From Octopus bimaculoides (lineage: Eukaryota): 64,000 nucleotides of DNA. The translations under genes and the position numbers were made by a program. The stretch is from the NCBI RefSeq assembly GCF_001194135.2, contig NC_068982.1:150752097-150816096 (forward strand). The letters run 5' to 3'. Shown in pieces: positions 37,366-49,849 of this stretch (position 1 is its first letter; each line of letters opens with the position of its first letter). The notes beneath the pieces are model-generated. The model did no database searches. It was not told where the DNA came from and was given only the letters and a program-made list of their open reading frames with translations.

Positions 37366-39159
37366 AGGGTATTGATATAACCAGTTCCATTTCTTTAACC
37401 CCAAATCATCTCTGGCTGAGCAAATTTATGACATCTTATTTGTTCTGATGATCCTTTCTTTTCTATTAGATATATTTCTCATAAACAGCTATGATAAAAA
37501 AGAAAAGTACCTGAAGTATTTGTACAGAGATTTAAGTTTAGGTTGAGAGAAAAGATCCATTGAAGAATGGAAGATATATAATTGATCATTGGATAAAAGT
37601 AGACATGTGTAAGAGAGAAAGGTTTCTAATAAAGAATAGAAAGCATGATTTGCCACTGAAGAGGGGAGGTTAATGGCTGAAGTTGGTTGGGATGAAATTT
37701 TAAAAAGGAGGATTCAGAAGAAGTAAAAAGATGAATACTGTGGGAATGTAGAAAGGAAAATTTACCCTGGAAGAAGGGCAGATTGAAATATTTCACAATG
37801 AATTGGGACAATAAACACTAAATCTACTATTTAGTTAAAACAGTTATTTTTTAAACTTTGAATCTTCATTGTATAATGTAAATGACTTGAGATGGCACTC
37901 ACAGCCAGTATTTTATCCATAGAACTATTATGCCTCCCAATAGCAAACATGATACATCATGAGAAACAACATATGTTTATTATCTTCTTGATCTAGTAGA
38001 TATATTTCACAACAGATTAAAAAAACAAACACGCATTTGGTTTGAATTATCAGAAAATCACAATAACCCTTACCAAAACCAAGAGATAAACTACAGGAGA
38101 AATACTGTAGACCTCAAAATTAATTTTTATCTCTAGAAATGCATGTTACCATCAAAAACATTAGATTTTGTTGTTATGCTAAGTAAATTTCGTTGAAATG
38201 TCTAAAATTTCACTTGCAAGATATATATATCACTTAATCTGATTAATAAAATGTTTTTTGGAAGAATAGTCAGAATGCTGGGTACTCCAGATGAATTTCC
38301 ACTTGTGCTTTTCCTGCATATAGAACTCATCTCTCTGACAACAATAGGATTTTGTTTTCTTTCCTATTTATTAAAACTTAAGCCATTGTTAAGTTTATGT
38401 TAACATCTCTAAATTTTAGGTTTTACTTGAAATTTTTTTTACTTTACTAGATTCATTTCCTATTATTTCTATTTTTAGTTTTATAAATATGTGATGGTAT
38501 CAACCATTAATATTATATTAACCCTTTTGTTAAAATATTTCTTTTGAAATACACAAGCTTTGTTTCAATAAATTTTGACTGTTTCAGGAAGATTAGCATC
38601 AAAACTGTTATACACTTTTACTATGGGAAATACAATTTTTTAGTGATAGGCTGTTAAAAATTGGTGTCAGTATATAGAAATATGTTAATCTTAAATTATC
38701 TTTAAGGAATATGTTTCATTATTTTAAATTTACTTTTAGCATTTAGTATAAAATTCTTCATGGTAAGCTGCTTTGCAGCATTTCTTCCTCCTCCAAAATT
38801 TCAGGCCATGTGCCTATGGTAGAAAGGATTATTATTATTAAAATATAACATGTCTTGAATGGCACAACAATGCAGAGTGGACTATAATAACTGTTATAAT
38901 TTAATTATCCATAGTCTGATATGATATAATATTTCAGAATACAAAAATTCCTTCAAATATCACTAGGAATTGGTCGAGTCACTCTGTTATAATTGGTTTT
39001 CCAAAGGTTACTGCAATTTTTTTTTCTGGAAGTGTCTCTGCAGTGGTCTCACAAAGCTCCTTCCGGAATTCCTCATGAGAAGTGCGTGAGGGTGGCCATG
39101 TCTCAAACTTGTGTGTGTTGGCACATCCACAGCACTGCTTTTAAGTTATGCATTATACT

Positions 39160-39375
39160 CTTTATTTTTGTTTCAGTCATTTGACTGCAGCCATGCTGGA
39201 GTACTGTCTTTAGTAGAACAAATCGACCCCAGGACTTATTCTTTGTAAGCCTAGTACTTATTCTATTGTTCTCTTTTGCCGAACTGCTAAGTTATGGGGA
39301 TGTAGACACACCACCATCGATTGTCAAGTGATGGTGGGGGAACAAACACACATGTACATATATACATACATACAT

Positions 39376-39427
<52 letters not shown>

Positions 39428-39590
39428 GACAGGTTTCTTTCAGTTTCAGTCTACCAAATCCACTCACAAGGCTTTGGCTGGCCCTGGGCTATAGCAGAAG
39501 ACACTTGCCCAAGGTACCATGCAGTGGGACTAAACCTGGAACCATGTGGTTTGTAAGCAAGCTACTTACGATATAGCCACTTCTGTGCCT
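39160..39590 (-). mobile_element. Full-length tRNA-derived SINE family B with internal (TA)n
   Basis: Head GGCACAGAAGTGGCTATATCG...CCAGGTTTAGTCCCACTGC, central microsatellite, tail CAAATGACTGAAACAAAAAT. Confidence 0.82.
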
Positions 39591-39594
39591 ACAT

Positions 39595-40460
39595 GCAGTT
39601 TTGTTTTTTTATAATACATGAGCATGTTATCAAAAATGAACCTACACGCATCCAGATGTAGCTAAATAATATATTTAGCCTGTTGTTAATTTGGGGCCCT
39701 AGTCTGTTTATGAGGGTAGCTTCCTTAATTCTTAAATTACCCAAATTTCTTTCATTGGTCTCACTTATGACTGTTATGTTTTTGTCAGTGTTCTGGTATC
39801 TGTCTAGATGTTTTCTGGAGGAGGCTCTCATGTTCAGATGTATTTTGATGCGAATGTGTAACGGTCTTGTGTTACCCATATAGAACTTGTTGCATTTGTT
39901 ACATTGTATTCTATACACAACATTTACCTGTTGGTATAAACCTGTGTCACGGATGGGGCAGTTAGTTAGTGTGCATTGATTGCTGTCCCTTGCTCGTTTC
40001 TTTGCTAGGTGTCTTCTCAGAGAGGGGCCGGAGTGGGCTAGTTGTATGTCTAGCCCTTCTCTTCTTATGGCTCTTCAGATGGCTGTAGTTATCCTCTCAC
40101 TAAAATGGGGTATTTTAATGAAGCATGTGTTGCTGTGTTTTCTGGGTTTTCTGGTGTCTCCTATTTTGGAACCGAGTGGAAGGGCTGAATTGTACAGGAC
40201 AAACATATCTCTACTGGCTGCTTTCCTGTAGAACTCGGTGTGGATCTCTCCTTCCGTTATTTTCAGTTGGAAATCAAGTAGCGATAGGGATCCAGTGTTG
40301 TCAGGATGTTCTATAGTGAACCATATATTCATGTCCATGTTGAATGTCGTGAATATTCTGTCTGATGGAGAGAGTGAGCTAATGTGTGGCATGAACATTT
40401 GATCACTATAAGCAAATCATTTGTGTAGGTCATTTGGCAAAAGCTGAATGCTCATATGTC
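39595..40460 (-). mobile_element. Penelope-like element fragment (RT C-terminus and GIY-YIG endonuclease)
   Basis: IWFTIEHPDNTGSLSLLDFQLKITEGEIHTEFYRK (PLE RT pattern) upstream of YRIQCNKCNKFYMGNTRPLHIRIKIH...RIKEATLINRLGPQIN (GIY-YIG with CxxC). Confidence 0.87.
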
Positions 40461-40499
40461 ATCTTTGACGGAGAGTCCATCATTATTATTATTATTGCA

Positions 40500-40670
40500 G
40501 TGAGGTGGCAGAGTCATTAGCACTTTCGACAAAATGCTTACCAACATTTCATTCATCATACATTATGAGTCCAAATTCTGCCAAGGATGACTTTACTTTT
40601 TATCTTTCCAGGGTTCACAAAATAAGTGCCCCTCCCTCAAAACCTGCTGGTCCTGTGCCAAAATTTGAAA
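40500..40670 (+). mobile_element. SINE family A
   Basis: GGTGGCAGAGTCATTAGCAC...GAGTCCAAATTCTGCCAAGG...CCAAAATTTGAAACC followed by ATT repeats. Confidence 0.7.
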
Positions 40671-40689
40671 CCATTATCATCATTATTAT

Positions 40690-41050
40690 TATTACTGAGT
40701 GAGAGAGCAGCACATGTCATCAGAGTGACACTGGGGTACAAATATATGAAGCCCAATATACCCAGCATAACTACCCATCTGGTAAGGGTACATTAGGTAC
40801 ATACATCACAACCATATGTGCACGACCTGGTGGTCTCATATCAAGATAAACAGCACATGACTTTGCAGGTGGGGCCCTGTTAGAATTTTCTTCTGGTTGA
40901 GTAGCCCATCCCACTCAAATAGACCCTGATTAAGGGTTGTTTAAGGATGTCGAATGAAACACCCATGTTTCCAGAGGTGAATTATTCATACCTCAACTTA
41001 TGGCTATGATGCTCCCCCACTACTTCTGATTGTGATCAGAAATGCACAAT
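40690..41050 (-). mobile_element. Second copy of the (AAT)n-tailed repeat
   Basis: Reverse complement of 13200-13555. Confidence 0.7.
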
Positions 41051-41301
41051 AACCCCCCCCCCCCNNNNNNNNNNNCGGCCCATCTATAATCATTGCTGAG
41101 ATGCTTAAAATATCTGGTGGTGTGGGTTATGGTCTAGTCACCCGTATTGTATCTTATAGCAGAAACAGTTGTAAGCTAATGAAGTTCATGATGTAATTTC
41201 TTCTTTCCCTTGTCATTTTAATTTCTTACACACACACACAAACTCTTCTGCCCATTACAGCTATTGTTCCTCGTTTAAAATCTAACTGGTTTTTCAGCAA
41301 T

Positions 41302-41336
<35 letters not shown>

Positions 41337-42073
41337 ATCAGATTGTGCTTGTGCATGATTATGTATGTGTCCGTAAGGAGTAGGGAATATGAGGTTAAGG
41401 TATTAAATTACATTGTGAAGTGAAATAATGAGCAAGACACATGACTGGATGTTTTAAAAAAGAAGATAAGCTAAGGGAAATATCTCAAATGAGTCAATGC
41501 CATTAATTTGGATAAATAAGTAAAAGGGAGATGCACTGAATGCCATGGTACAAAAAACATCTTAATTGAAATTTCCCTCTTAGTAACCATCAGTTACTAG
41601 TGATTCTCAATGAAAAAAAATAGATATTTGCAAGAAATTAAAAGGCAAGCTCTCAAAGGTAATTTACCTGTTAGGGTAAAGAAATTCTGATCTCTGTCTA
41701 CAGGCAAGGAAAAACTATGATCATGTTTCTGTCTATTAGGCTTCATCAGTATAGTATAGTTTACTCAAGTCTACTTGATCAGTTAATAAAGCTTTTGCAT
41801 ATAGGAATAGAGCTATGAATAATTTTTGTCTAGTATAATTGACTTTATTTAATATGATAAATGCAAATTTTTATTGAATTTATCTGCATCTTAGGTTATC
41901 ATATTGGCCATAACGGATTGTATTCAGATCTCATATGCTCAACTTCATTGAAGGAAATTTCCATGTCCTTGTCTAATTAATGCTCAGGCTCTGCCCTCAG
42001 AAGAAGCTAACAGTAATCAATAACCTAAAAACAGTTACCATAGAGTCTGTCAAGAATAAAGTAAGTAAACATA

Positions 42074-42286
42074 CGAGGGGGTGCTGAAAAATTCCTGACT
42101 TTAAGGGTATTGTGAAAGGCCTGATTGGAGGCCCAACCTTCTGAGTTCTTTTACAGGGCTTAGAAAAACTGAAGGACTGGTGCAATAACTGTGTGAATCG
42201 GAGAGGGGAATATGTTAACTAAAATCATGACTGATCTGCCTGTATTTTCTTTTACCCAAAGCCAAGAACTTTTCAGCAGCCCCTTG
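42074..42286. mobile_element. Mariner-type MITE (213 bp)
   Basis: TA-CGAGGGGGTGCTGAAAAATTCCTGACTTT...AAAGCCAAGAACTTTTCAGCAGCCCCTTG-TA. Confidence 0.88.
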
Positions 42287-42294
42287 TATGTTAT

Positions 42295-42560
42295 TTACTA
42301 TGGAGCTACAAGTGGGGTTACTCTTAGTCAAAACAGTAGGCCAGTAGCATTCTTTTCTCAACCAGAAAATTCTGCCAAGAAAAATCATTGCAAAATAAAG
42401 AGGTTTTTATAATAACTGAAGCTGTGAAAAAGGGACACCACTTTCTCTGAGAGAGAAGATTTAACTCACTGATCAGAAATCTGAAATGTGTTCAGTTTAA
42501 AATTCAAAACTCAGATTAAGGTTGTGAAATATCAAGGCAATTAAAAGTCATACCATTCTG
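42295..42560 (+). mobile_element. Ty3/Gypsy RNase H remnant
   Basis: GATSGVTLSQNSRPVAFFSQ, plus broken-frame similarity to the IIEAVRKWRHFL...LITDQKS region. Confidence 0.6.
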
Positions 42561-44519
42561 TTACAAAATTTTACATCATCCTGAATTTCTTAACACAACT
42601 GCATATGTACTATTATGAGACTTATAAGGTATTGCTTTACAGAGTAACTTCTTAGAATTCTAGAAGCCTCTTTGCCACCTTGGCATTACAAGGCCGGTAC
42701 AATCTATTTGGATACAAAATCTTCTGTATTCAGTGGACAACATTAAAATGACAAAGTACATACACAACAACTGGATCAAACAAATTGAATCTTCTAGTGA
42801 CTTTGTGTTAAATGCTCTACTCTCAACAGAAGACCAGCTAAAAGATTTGGTTATGCTTGAAAAATAATTATTTTGAGCAATTGTCTAAATGATTTATCCA
42901 TTTGGTCACAAATAATACCCTAATAATATTGCGCATAGGTAATTTTGTTTGTTTTCACAGAGAAGAATGTGATAATTCTAGGATTTTCTAGTAAAGGAAA
43001 CTGTTAAGATCTTAAATTTCTGCAGCTGCTGTCTACTACTTTGCTAAAAATACTTTGTAAATGGTTATTCCTGACAGTTCTATTAAAACTTTTAGTGAAT
43101 TAAAGCCTATTTTAAATTGACTTGTTTCTTGAATTATTCTTACTTCATGGTATTTCAGAAAAGATGACAATACACACACAGACACATTGATGCAAAAGGG
43201 TCAACAGCATAATATAATCATTATACTCACTAAAATTATTTTCAATATCACCAAACAATAAAGCTTTTATGTATTCTATGTGGAAGACATTTATTGTCCA
43301 AAAAACTGAGACTCCCAACTATTTTAAAAATAGAGACATGATTTTAGTACTAGATTTTAAGATAAAAGGGCAATATCTATAGCTAGAATACTAGAATAAG
43401 ATTAAATACAAAGTAACAAACTGGACACCCTATAAGTATATCATAATTTGAGTACAGGTCATAAAAGTTGTTGCAGATTTTTGATTTGTTACTGCTTTAC
43501 CATGAGCTAACATGAGCAGACAAGGATTTTCCATCAATATTATTCTTCTGGTATGACAGACAATCTTTTGCTATGATTAATCATATATCCTTTATAATGT
43601 GCCCTAAGATATTGACAGTAATGAGATGCCTTGTCAAAATAGAAAAAAGGAAACTGAATATTAATTGAGAATGCAGGTATGACTGAGCAGTTAAGCAATT
43701 TGAATAGTCTGCTTCACTTAAGCCAGTAATGGAAGAATGTTTATTAAAATGGTGGTGACAATGGCAATAAACCATAAGATAGAAAAGTAAACTATTAATG
43801 TCAATCTGTGTAATAATATCAAAAATTCACTAGCCAGAATAATTAATTAAAAAAAGTAACATCTGCAATGTTTAATCGATCATAAAACATCACCAGTGTA
43901 AGTTTGTATGTATCTGCATGTGTATGTGTCTGTGTGAGTGTCTGTGTGTATTTATGTCTGGATGCAAACATGACCAAGTGGTTAAGAAGTTTGCTTCATG
44001 ATCATGATGCATTGGGTTTGTTCTCCACAGTGTAGCATCTTAGAAAAGTGTCTTGCATTGTGGCCTCAAGTTGACCTAAGCCTTGTGAATGAAATTGGAT
44101 AGACGTAAACTGTGCAGAAGCCCATCAGATAGGATGTACTTATAGTTCAAAAGATCCAGCCTTGTCACACACTGTGACACTGAGTCTACAGGTAGATTAT
44201 GTAAAGGGGAGCTGCCTCTGTGGAATACTCAGCCACTTACACTATAATTTAACAAGTAGGTACTTTGGTTGATGGAACAACTGGAATAATCATCATCAAA
44301 ACCAATGAAAGATCTGTTTATACTTACTGGACATGAGTACTAGATATAAAATTATAACATCAAATGTAATATGTTGACTGTTCCAGATATCAAAAGAGTA
44401 ATGAAATACATAGGACAAACTTCCATTGTAAACAAATGTAAAACCAAAGAATAAAACTTAAGAATGACACAGTTTATGGTTATTATACAAAATTTGTTGA
44501 AGATGATATTCTTTTCTTC

Positions 44520-44720
44520 TCTAGGCACAAGGCCCGAAATTTTGGGAGAGGCGGCCAGTCGATTAGATCAACCCCTGTGCATAACTGGCACTTAATTTAT
44601 TGACCTTGAAAGAATGAAAGGCAAAGTCGACCTCAGCAGAATTTGAATTCAGAATGTAAAGACAGATGAAATACTGCTAAGCATTTTGCCCGGCATGTTA
44701 ATGTTTCTGCCAGCTCACTG
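44520..44720 (-). mobile_element. SINE family A, full length
   Basis: Minus strand GAGCTGGCAGAAACATTAACATGCCGGGC...TCTGAATTCAAATTCTGCTGAGGTCGACTTTGCCTTTCATTCTTTCAAGGTCAAT. Confidence 0.8.
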
Positions 44721-45224
44721 CTTTTGTTGAAGATGATATTGTCTTTTAATTGTAAGAGATTGGCATAAATTGGTAAAAGTGGAGAAATATTTGAGAAAGT
44801 GATAATAATTTTCGTGTTGGATTTTCTTTTTTGTTTTAAATTAACTCATGAACTTAAGAGAGGTCTCTTTATGTTATGACTTAAACCTCAATCCCACTCC
44901 TCTAGATAATCACAATATATAATTATATATTAGCTATTAATATAATTGGCAGTGTTCCCCCCCCCCCCTCTCTGATTTCTCCTCATCCCAGAGGAAAATA
45001 ACTGATTTTATTGGATTTATCTTCCTTGATTAATTAATTAGAAGGTTACCAGTTATATAACTAGCAATGCTGGAATATGCTTTTATCACTGTTGATAATA
45101 TCAGCTCAAGTTACATTTTTAATTAACTGATAGTTAAACAGTATTATTGTAACTGATAATGTACATTTAGAACAAATATACAAACAAGTAATCTATTTAG
45201 TTTCATTTCAATATATTGTTAGTA

Positions 45225-45820
45225 TTAAAGCAGTGAGCTGGCAGAATCGTTAGCATGCTGGGTAAAAGGTTTAGTGACATTTTGTCTGTCTTTATGTTCT
45301 GAGTTCTAACTCTGCCCAGTTCAACTTTGCCTTTCATCCTTTTGGGGTCGATAAAATAAGTACCAGTTGAACACTGGAGTTGGTGTAATTGATCTAAATC
45401 CTCCCCCAAAATTGCTGACCTTGTGCCAAAATTTGAAACCAATATATTAGTAGTATCTTTTATCTTTTACTTGTTTCAGTCGTTAGACTGTGACCATGCT
45501 GGGGCACCGCCTTGAAGAATTTTTAGTCAAATGAATCGACCCCGGTACTTATTCTATTGATCTCTTATGCCAAACCACGAAGTTACAGGGATGTAAACAC
45601 ACCAGCACTGTTTGTCAAGCGGTGGTGGGGGACAAACACAGACTCAAAGAATACACACAAACACCCTTACATAATGGGCTTCTTTCAGTTTCTGTCTACC
45701 AAATCTACTCACAAGGCTTTGGTTACTCTGAGGCTATAACAGAAGACACTTGCCCAAAGTGCCACAGAGTGGGACTGAACTCAGAACCATGTAGTTGGGA
45801 AGCAAGCTTCTTACCACACA
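45225..45820. mobile_element. Adjacent SINE A (+, 45225-45440) and SINE B (-, 45460-45820), tail to tail
   Basis: Both match other copies in the window; they end about 200 bp from the donor at 46026. Confidence 0.78.
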
Positions 45821-46026
45821 TGCAAATAAAATAATAATTATTGTATTTATATAACATCACTTGATATGTAGTAGCAAAAGTATACTCCCAACATAATCTG
45901 TCACATAATGAGTAACACTTTTGTTATTATTATTAATATTATTAAAACTTTTGCTCTCATCTTTTGCTTTGCTGTTAAAAAAAGTTCTTTTACAAATAAA
46001 CCATGTTAAAAAACAAAACTACCCAC

Positions 46027-46337
46027 CTACTAGATGCCAGGATTTCCTTTTACCTAAAAAACAACATCCATTTATTCGATCAGATTCAATTCCGACAAAA
46101 GTTGTGGATAGTCCATCACAGATCTGTCCTGCAAGCATGAGATAGCCAGCCAAAACACTATTAAAGTTCAGTACTTTGTTGAAGTAAATTAATAAATAAG
46201 AGAACCACATGGATGCAGCCAAATCATTAAATACATGCCCACAACCAAAGGTAAGTTTTCTGATAAAGGGCATGCCGTCATCTTGAGTCTGGTTATTGGT
46301 GCTTGTTGAATGGCCATTTAGGGCAGAGTTTACTGAC
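46027..46337 (-). CDS. MFSD12: MFSD12-like MFS transporter, first detectable coding exon (in-exon ATG at 46273; frame is open back to the acceptor)
   Basis: Translates SVNSALNGHSTSTNNQTQDDGMPFIRKLTFGCGHVFNDLAASMWFSYLLIYFNKVLNFNSVLAGYLMLAGQICDGLSTTFVGIESDRINGCCFLGKRKSWHLVG, matching the MFSD12 pattern GHxxNDLxASMWFxYLL...RKxWHLVG as I recall it. Pyrimidine-rich acceptor ttttccag| and donor G|gtgggt; 311 nt, phase 2 in, phase 1 out. Confidence 0.93.
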
Positions 46338-46625
46338 CTGGAAAAGAAAAAAAAAAGAAAAGATAAGATTATACACAAGCAACCAAACTACAAAAAAGGG
46401 TCTAGATATAATACAAAAAAAAAAAAATAGCATGATTGTTGCTGTTAATGAAACATATGTATATGGAGTAAATTTTTTGCTTATGGACCCCTTTGATTCT
46501 TATTTTACTCAGGTAGAGCCCCATAGCTATCCAATGTTTAAAAAAATCCCATTATATTTTTATAATTAAATATTAGGAATTGTATAAAAAGAAACTGTTA
46601 AGATATTTTGTGTATTGTAGAAATA

Positions 46626-46962
46626 AGACCCCGTTTGGTCATGACTGACCATGAGATTGCATCTAGAAAGTTACCCTCCCAGGCACAAGTCCGGGCAAGG
46701 TTGTTTATGGAAGACCAGCAGTCGCCCATGCATACCAGCCTCCCCTCTCCACGCCACCAATGTTATCCAAGGGAAAGGCAAGGGCCGATACAGCTTGGCA
46801 CCTGTGACGTCGCGACTCATTTCTACAGCTGAGTGAACTGGAGCAACATGAAATAAAGTGTCTTGCTCAAGAGCACAACACGTAGCCTGGTCCAGGATTC
46901 GAACTCACAACCTCACGATTGTAAGCTCGACACTCTAACCACTGAGCCATACGCCTTCACAC
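46626..46962 (-). mobile_element. tRNA-derived SINE with intact A/B boxes and a 10-bp TSD
   Basis: Head GTGAAGGCGTATGGCTCAGTGGTTAGAGTG...GTTCGAATCC; TGTAGAAATA at 46616-46625 and 46963-46972. Confidence 0.85.
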
Positions 46963-47604
46963 TGTAGAAATATAACCAATTTATTGCAGATAAATTTAAA
47001 CTACAAAGTCTTAAATGCACTCTCCCACCCCACTCCAAGAGTCATATGGATCCTGGTTGAGAACCATTGAAGTAGATTATCAAGATGGACCACAATGGAA
47101 TGAGTTTATGATGGGATAGATCTGCAATGCTGTTGTCCTAGTAGACAAAAAGATGTTTGTATATTAAAAGCACTAACAGAATTATGATCCCTAAGTAGAA
47201 TGAAGACATAGATTGGAGAGACAAATTACATCAATTTGAATATGTGATGAATGGTAAATGTTAGATGATAAAGCATCTATGATTGAGGTTCAGGGACACT
47301 GGGTGAAAGAATATTTTGGTCAGATGTTGAAATATTGGGAGTTCCTCAATCATTTGTGAAAACCTCTGCTACCAACAGTACAAGATTAAAGTTCATAAAG
47401 ACAGTAAGCTGTTCTGTTCATGGTAATGATGATGATAGTAAGATATAACAGTCTACAGTAAGGCAGTGTCTGCTTGTGTAGAGTGTGTGAAAAAACTAAA
47501 TAAGGATTTCTATAAAGATTCCCATATTGGAATAATTAAAAAGTAACACCTGCAATATCTAATTGACTACAAAAGAATGTGTGTGTGAGTATGAGTATAC
47601 GTGT

Positions 47605-47648
<44 letters not shown>

Positions 47649-48089
47649 GTATGCACATGTGCATGAATGTGTGTGCGTACATGTGTGCAAGCATGGCCAA
47701 GTGGTTGAGGAGTTCATTTCATTATCATGAGATCTGATTTTAATCCCACTTTGTAGCATTTTGGACATGTATTTTTTATCATAGCTTTGAGTTCACTCAA
47801 GCCTTACAAGATAAAACTGAATGGATAGAAAATGTTGAACAGGTTCTGTTGAAATTGTCGGTCTTATCACATATTTTTTTATGAGAGTTTTATGTATATA
47901 TGTGACTTTATACACAGGTGTCTGAAATGGGGTTTCTCCAAGGATCTCTGAAGTAATGTTACTTGACAGGATGCATAGCTTAGAAATAAGGTAGTCTCCC
48001 AAGGTCAAGCTGCTACTTCTCTACACTGAGAGGTCACAATGGACATGTGATTAAAATATTGCTAGAAAGAATTGCCAGATGGATTCTTC

Positions 48090-48470
48090 AAGCTGAGTTT
48101 CAGTCATTGGATTGCAGCCACGCTGGGGTACCACTTCGAAGGGTTTAGTTGAACAAACCAATCCCAGTACTTACCTTTTCACCCTAATCATAGTACTTAT
48201 TCTATTGGGATCTTTTTGCTGAACTGCTAAGTTACAGGATGTAAACAAACTAACACCAGTTGTCAGGCAGTAGTGAAGGACAAACACACACACACACATT
48301 TATATATATATATATATATGGCGTTCAGCTTCCATCAACTAAATCCACTTACAAGGCCTTGGTTAGTTCACACTTATTGTAGTAGACACTTACCCAAGGT
48401 ACCATGCAGTGCGACTGAATACAAAACCATGTAGTTGGGAAGCAAACTTCTTAACCATACACCCACACAT
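48090..48470 (-). mobile_element. SINE family B, diverged
   Basis: Same head, microsatellite and tail organisation as 39160-39590. Confidence 0.75.
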
Positions 48471-48689
48471 TTACCTACAAATTTTCAGACATAACTATAT
48501 GAAATATAATGAATCCAATTAAAAATTACACAATGACAGAAATAATTACAAATCTGATAAAAAGAATGCCATACTTTAAGGGTAATATTACTACAAAATA
48601 TTATATGCAGTTATACAGAACTAGAAAGATTGAAATAAAAAATGCATATAAAAGATGTTAATTATAAAAAGTGTTTATAATTATTTAAA

Positions 48690-49178
48690 GTGGAGGCGCA
48701 ATGGCCCAGTGGTTAGGGCAGTGGACTCGCAGTCATAGGATCACGGTTTTGATTCCCAGATCGGGCGTTGTGACTGTTTATTGAGCGAAAACACCTCAAG
48801 CTCCACGAGGCTCCAGCAGGGGATGGTGGCGAACCCTGCTGTACTCTTTCACCACAACTTTCTCTCACTCTTACTTCTTGTTTCTGTTGTGCCTGTAATT
48901 CAAAGGGTCAGCCTTGTCACACTGTGTCATGCTGAATATCCCCGAGAACTATGCTAAAGGTACACGTTTNNNNNNNNNNTGTTTCTGTTGTGCCTGTAAT
49001 TCAAAGGGTCAGCCTTGTCACACTGTGTCATGCTGAATATCCCCGAGAACTATGCTAAAGGTACACGTTTCTGTGGAGTGCTCAGCCACTTGCACGTTAA
49101 TTTCACGAGCAGGCTGTTCCGTTGATCAGATCAACTGGAACCCTCAACATCGTAAGCGACGGAGTGCCAACAAACAAC
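48690..49178 (+). mobile_element. tRNA-derived SINE with an 11-bp TSD (contains an assembly gap)
   Basis: A-box TGGCCCAGTGG, degenerate B-box, (CAA)n tail, AATTATTTAAA at 48679-48689 and 49179-49189; older relative at about 43965-44300. Confidence 0.85.
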
Positions 49179-49849
49179 AATTATTTAAAACAACTAAAAT
49201 TCAATTAAAGTAGTAACACACATACTTTCTTTGATCACTGTAGCTTTCTCTAATCTTTCTAATCAAGCCCAACAGCCCAACATGATATCTGCAATTCAAC
49301 AGGGCAACCAGACATGATACTTCCACTCTATTAACTACCAAAGCACCTGAAATTGCTCCTGGTTCTCTCATACAAACTTGTTGCTTTAAAGTAATCTAAA
49401 CTATAACCTCCCATCAAAATGTTTATGCTTTTTATGTCTCAAGCAGCAGCGTAATAATGACAAAGTTATTTTATTAAATTCTTCAGTATTTTCAAAATTA
49501 ATTGAAACAGAAGCAATGTAGTCTGAAAGAAATATGGCAACAAAAGGATTTGAAAAAAAAATATTATATGCAATTATACAGAACTAGAAAGATTGAAATA
49601 AAAAATGCATATAAAAGATGTTAATTATAAATTTTTTTTTTTTTTTTTTTTTTGAATAGGTATTAATTATTTAAAACAACTAAGCAGTATATTTTAGAGT
49701 TAGCTTCTATCCTCACCAAATTCCTTCTGTCACTATGGAGACACACAATAGAGCTCCACACTTAAGTGGAATCATACTGATACTGACAACCACTTCCTAC
49801 CAAAACCTGAAAATAAAATGAGCTAAGGGAAATAACTAAAATGGGCTAA

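Noticed and set aside
46860-46962. tRNA gene (also 48690-48770)
   Set aside because: A and B boxes are present but there is no complete cloverleaf or T-run terminator; it continues into a SINE body bounded by TSDs.
48890-49070. 79-bp internal duplication in the SINE
   Set aside because: Identical copies flank a 10-N gap, so an assembly artefact is the most likely cause.
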